Shown here: one piece after another, positions 15,109-16,961 of the stretch | Layout: every line of letters starts with the position of its first letter | Numbering within the stretch: position 1 is the stretch's first letter | Virus record (IMG/VR): IMGVR_UViG_3300029947_000044 | Location: 1-16,961 of that record | DNA: 16,961 nucleotides | Source: a virus | Reading direction: 5' to 3' (one strand) | Position numbers and translations under genes: made by a program | Notes under the pieces: model-generated | The model's input: only the letters and a program-made list of their open reading frames with translations | What the model was told of the DNA's origin: nothing | Database searches by the model: none

Positions 15109-15705
15109 ATGAGTGACGAAACCACATTTAGATTGATGGGCATGAACAAAATTCTTGAATGGCTGTCCGCAGATTGGTGGAATGGCCTCGGAGTGATCCT
15201 GGCAATCGTCGGCGTTCCTAGCCTGTTCACCATCATTCGGGATTTCGTGTGTAAAGTCCACCACACAGACGACGAAGAGACTGAACCGATATCCAACGAG
15301 CAGATAGACGCCATGCTTCCCGCAACAACGCCGGCAACTCACAAGCCGCCTATGCCGCCCAAGTTCAGAATCGACATCGACGAAAGCGGGGCGTGCTTCG
15401 TCCTCACCAACATCGGAGGCCCTGCGCGTAACATCTCCGTGTTTGCCGAAGCGGTCGAGGGAACCTACACGAACACATGGAACAACTATCTTGGAAGAAC
15501 CGACAGCAAACCATGGGCGCTGTCCGACTTTCATTTCTTCAACATTGAACTGCCGAAACTGCGCGAGGAGCGACAGCAAGGCGGCACCACATTCTTTGAC
15601 GGACACGTGGAGGACGGGGACGGCAAAGCCCATTACCCCATCAAATTCACCATCGTCTGGGACGGATGCCCTGAACCCGTGGAGATCATTGAAACCATCA
15701 ACTAA
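15109..15705 (+). CDS. Membrane-anchored protein (198 aa), moron-like; candidate superinfection-exclusion or defence function
   Basis: Strong RBS (GAAGGAAGGAAG). N-terminal TM helix (WWNGLGVILAIVGVPSLFTII), a Pro/Thr linker, then a beta-rich domain. It runs opposite to the surrounding early operon, and the local region is AT-richer. The antisense track ORF 14998..15840 is Cys/Arg-rich noise. Confidence 0.7.
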   Translation: MSDETTFRLMGMNKILEWLSADWWNGLGVILAIVGVPSLFTIIRDFVCKVHHTDDEETEPISNEQIDAMLPATTPATHKPPMPPKFRIDIDESGACFVLTNIGGPARNISVFAEAVEGTYTNTWNNYLGRTDSKPWALSDFHFFNIELPKLREERQQGGTTFFDGHVEDGDGKAHYPIKFTIVWDGCPEPVEIIETIN

Positions 15706-15898
15706 CATCCGGGGCCTCCGTAATCCGGCCCGACAACGCTTTGCCAAGCTCGTCGCGCAATGCTTCGGCCTCGGAACGATCCAGAGGAACAACGAGGTTC
15801 CCCACAGAACCGGCACGCGAGAACTCGACGAAGAACACATCAGGGCAATGCGCCAGACGGCTCACATGCACCGACACACGTTCCACGCCAGCCATCAC
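15698..15898 (-). CDS. Hypothetical early protein (about 65 aa)
   Basis: Stop-start coupled to the cro-like gene (GTGATG at 15893-15898). Its 3' end overlaps the convergent plus-strand gene by 8 nt. Confidence 0.55.
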   Translation of the reverse strand: MMAGVERVSVHVSRLAHCPDVFFVEFSRAGSVGNLVVPLDRSEAEALRDELGKALSGRITEAPDVS

Positions 15899-16131
15899 GC
15901 CACCTCCAAAGGCTCTCGGCCGAGCACGAAATCAGTGGAAACGTCGAAGAAATCGGCGATACGCGACACATCACGCAAGGTGAAATTCTTCAGGCCGCGA
16001 AGCTTGTTCGACAACGCTTGCTCACTCATTCCTACAGAATCTGCCAGCTCTCGCTGCGTGACGTGATTTGCACGCAGTCGGCCGCGGACCTGCTTGGCGA
16101 TCGTACGCTGCTCCTGAATTACTAAACTCAT
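15895..16131 (-). CDS. Cro-like Xre-family HTH regulator (78 aa)
   Basis: HTH_3 pattern (VTQRELADSVGMSEQALSNKLRG). It is divergent from the repressor gene and is the first gene of the long minus-strand operon. Confidence 0.8.
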   Translation of the reverse strand: MSLVIQEQRTIAKQVRGRLRANHVTQRELADSVGMSEQALSNKLRGLKNFTLRDVSRIADFFDVSTDFVLGREPLEVA

Positions 16132-16215
16132 AGTGAATTATTTAAGCACATGGAAACCGTTGAGTGATAACTTAGGCGTGTCGCACAAACTAAACCAATG
16201 GTTTATAATTGCGGT
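16132..16215. promoter_or_regulatory. Divergent switch region with back-to-back, apparently leaderless promoters and a palindromic operator candidate
   Basis: TATAAT at 16204-16209 ends 7 nt before the A of ATG 16216. On the minus strand a TAAATAAT box (16137-16144) ends 6 nt before ATG 16131. A perfect 15-nt palindrome TAAACCAaTGGTTTA (16191-16205) overlaps the plus-strand -10 box. AGTGA(A/T)(T/A)A occurs twice (16132, 16162). Confidence 0.5.
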
Positions 16216-16626
16216 ATGTCAACAACTATGATGCCGAAACCGCGACTGGACAAGCAGCAGATTGCGGTGGCAAATATCAAACTGCTGCTGGACGTTTCGC
16301 ATAGCAAAAAGAAGGATCTGGCCGAATACCTGGGCAAAGTACCTCAGTCGTTGTCGAAGATGCTTCAGAATAAGCAAACGTGGTTCTTTGAGGATATGTG
16401 CAACGCCGCCGATTTCTTCGGCGTTGGCCTTGAGACATTGGTGAGAACCGATTTAACGCCAATGAAGGCCGAGCAGATATTAAAAAACCGCCGTTCCGAT
16501 AATGGGAACGACGGTCAACTAGTAGCGGGGCATGGATTTGAACCATGGACCTCTGGGGACACCAGAGGTCCATGGTTCAAATCCATGGGACTTCTGAGCT
16601 TATCCAAGCTCATTTTAGCGGCCTGA
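16216..16626 (+). CDS. Xre-family HTH repressor, episomal (full-length) form, 136 aa, ending ...LSLSKLILAA
   Basis: HTH (KKDLAEYLGKVPQSLSKMLQNKQ) and a C-terminal helix motif ADFFGV shared with the cro-like protein (ADFFDV). Residues 106-123 are encoded by the tRNA-like palindrome. The track start at 16198 lies upstream of the -10 box, and the ORF from it reads across that box, so ATG 16216 is preferred. Confidence 0.75.
   Translation: MSTTMMPKPRLDKQQIAVANIKLLLDVSHSKKKDLAEYLGKVPQSLSKMLQNKQTWFFEDMCNAADFFGVGLETLVRTDLTPMKAEQILKNRRSDNGNDGQLVAGHGFEPWTSGDTRGPWFKSMGLLSLSKLILAA
16523..16556 (-). other. Candidate attP common core: tRNA gene 3' half (variable loop, T-arm, acceptor CCCCGCT, discriminator A) read on the minus strand
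   Basis: The minus strand reads CCAGAGGTC-CATGG-TTCAAAT-CCATG-CCCCGCT-A. Only this arm continues into a plausible acceptor stem with an A73 discriminator. It is adjacent to int. The anticodon is absent, so tRNA identity cannot be called. Confidence 0.6.
16531..16587. repeat. Perfect 26-bp inverted repeat with a 5-nt spacer (ggaca), built from a tRNA variable-loop + T-arm sequence
   Basis: catggatttgaaccatggacctctgg (16531-16556) is the exact reverse complement of ccagaggtccatggttcaaatccatg (16562-16587). Each arm contains a CATGG-TTCAAAT-CCATG T-arm. Confidence 0.95.
16595..16616 (+). terminator. Weak hairpin + T-tract (tGAGCTT-atcc-AAGCTCa-TTTT) between the attP palindrome and int; possible attenuator
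   Basis: A 7-bp stem with a 4-nt loop, followed by TTTT. It lies inside the last codons of the repressor ORF. Confidence 0.25.
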
Positions 16627-16651
16627 ACAATTCGGGGGTGCATGATGGATC

Positions 16652-16961
16652 ATGAGAAACAAGATCAGCGCACCGGTCCCATGGCGCAGAAGCATCGAAG
16701 GGTGGACTGACACCCTCAGGGCGGCCGGCCTATCAGCACAGACAATCAAAAGCCGTCGATACAAGATGGTCCATCTTGCGACGCTGTTCATGCCTTCGGG
16801 TCCCACGGACGTGACCACGGAGCAGATCGTGCAGGTGTTCGCAAGGCAGCAATGGAAACCGGAGACGCGCAAGGCGTACCGGAACACCATATCGTCGTTC
16901 TTCCGTTGGCTGCGCAAGAGCGGCAGGCGGTCGGACGATCCGAGCCTGGACGTGCCCAGGG
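16652..16961 (+). CDS. int: Tyrosine integrase, N-terminal (SAM-like/core-binding) part; continues at base 1 of the window
   Basis: ATG 16652 is the first start after an in-frame stop at 16643. It reads MRNKISAPVPWRRSIEGWTDTLRAAGLSAQTIKSRRYKMVHLATLF...QWKPETRKAYRNTISSFFRWL. There is no stop before the window end, and the frame matches 3..602. Confidence 0.88.
   Translation, partial: MRNKISAPVPWRRSIEGWTDTLRAAGLSAQTIKSRRYKMVHLATLFMPSGPTDVTTEQIVQVFARQQWKPETRKAYRNTISSFFRWLRKSGRRSDDPSLDVPR
16881..16961. repeat. Terminal overlap, right copy (identical to 1-81)
   Basis: Exact 81-nt identity with the window start. Confidence 0.95.

Larger units (their letters stand above)
1..16880. mobile_element. 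Complete circularly permuted genome of a small temperate siphovirus-like phage (episomal/attP form), unique length 16,880 bp
   Basis: Bases 1-81 are identical to 16881-16961. The integrase ORF is continuous across the junction. The window holds a full set of packaging, head, tail, lysis and lysogeny genes. Confidence 0.8.

Noticed and set aside
14998-15840. A 280-aa minus-strand ORF spanning the early region.
   Set aside because: Its composition is Cys/Arg-rich and low in complexity, and it has no RBS. It is antisense to a plus-strand ORF that has a strong RBS, a clean TM helix and protein-like composition. It also overlaps the better-supported 15698..15898 gene in a different frame.
15698-16131. 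The Xre HTH and the downstream 66-aa ORF as a toxin-antitoxin pair.
   Set aside because: The 66-aa protein shows no toxin-family motif that I can recognise. The context (divergent from a repressor, at the head of the lytic operon) fits a Cro-like regulator better.
16198-16215. ATG 16198 as the repressor start (142-aa version in the track).
   Set aside because: That ATG lies upstream of the consensus TATAAT (16204-16209), so the ORF from it would read across the -10 box, and it has no RBS. ATG 16216 sits at the expected leaderless start distance.
16531-16587. The 26-bp palindrome as a rho-independent terminator.
   Set aside because: No U-tract follows either arm. The small hairpin with TTTT at 16595-16616 is a separate and weak candidate.
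16523-16600. A possible intact tRNA gene.
   Set aside because: Only the variable loop, T-arm and acceptor 3' strand are present. There is no matching 5' acceptor strand, D-arm or 7-nt anticodon loop on either strand. The spacer between the arms is 5 nt. It was interpreted as an attP tRNA fragment instead.

Overview
The window is a circularly permuted and apparently complete genome of a very small temperate, siphovirus-like phage. Unique length is 16,880 bp, and the host is probably a high-GC Gram-positive (actinobacterial-type) organism. Bases 1-81 are identical to 16881-16961. A tyrosine integrase gene runs off the right end from 16652 and continues in frame at the left end to 602, so the contig is in the episomal/attP form.

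Almost everything else is one tightly coupled minus-strand gene train with many ATGA or TGATG stop-start overlaps. In transcription order it contains:
- a Cro-like Xre HTH and small early ORFs;
- a roughly 320-bp non-coding repeat region;
- more small ORFs, a MerR/Xis-like HTH protein and an HNH endonuclease;
- TerS, TerL, portal, and a fused prohead protease-major capsid protein;
- connector proteins, the major tail protein, and G/GT tail chaperones with a canonical A_AAC_CCU -1 slippery heptamer;
- tape measure, two minor tail proteins, holin and an amidase endolysin.

The plus strand carries only an Xre-type repressor, the integrase, and a membrane-anchored moron that lies antisense inside the early operon.

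The main finding concerns attP. A tRNA 3'-half-derived sequence, present as a perfect 26-bp inverted duplication, lies inside the 3' end of the repressor ORF. The episomal form of that ORF ends in ...LILAA, an ssrA-like tail. It sits directly upstream of int and is divergent from the cro-like gene. This matches the architecture of integration-dependent immunity described for mycobacteriophages BPs, Brujita and Charlie.

Other points worth a second look:
- no recognisable replication module;
- four helically phased GTGACA repeats in the only gap of the late operon;
- an iteron-like repeat cluster;
- an in-frame 9-bp tandem repeat in a tail gene;
- apparently leaderless back-to-back promoters with a palindromic operator.

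All functional calls come from motif recognition by eye. No database search was possible.
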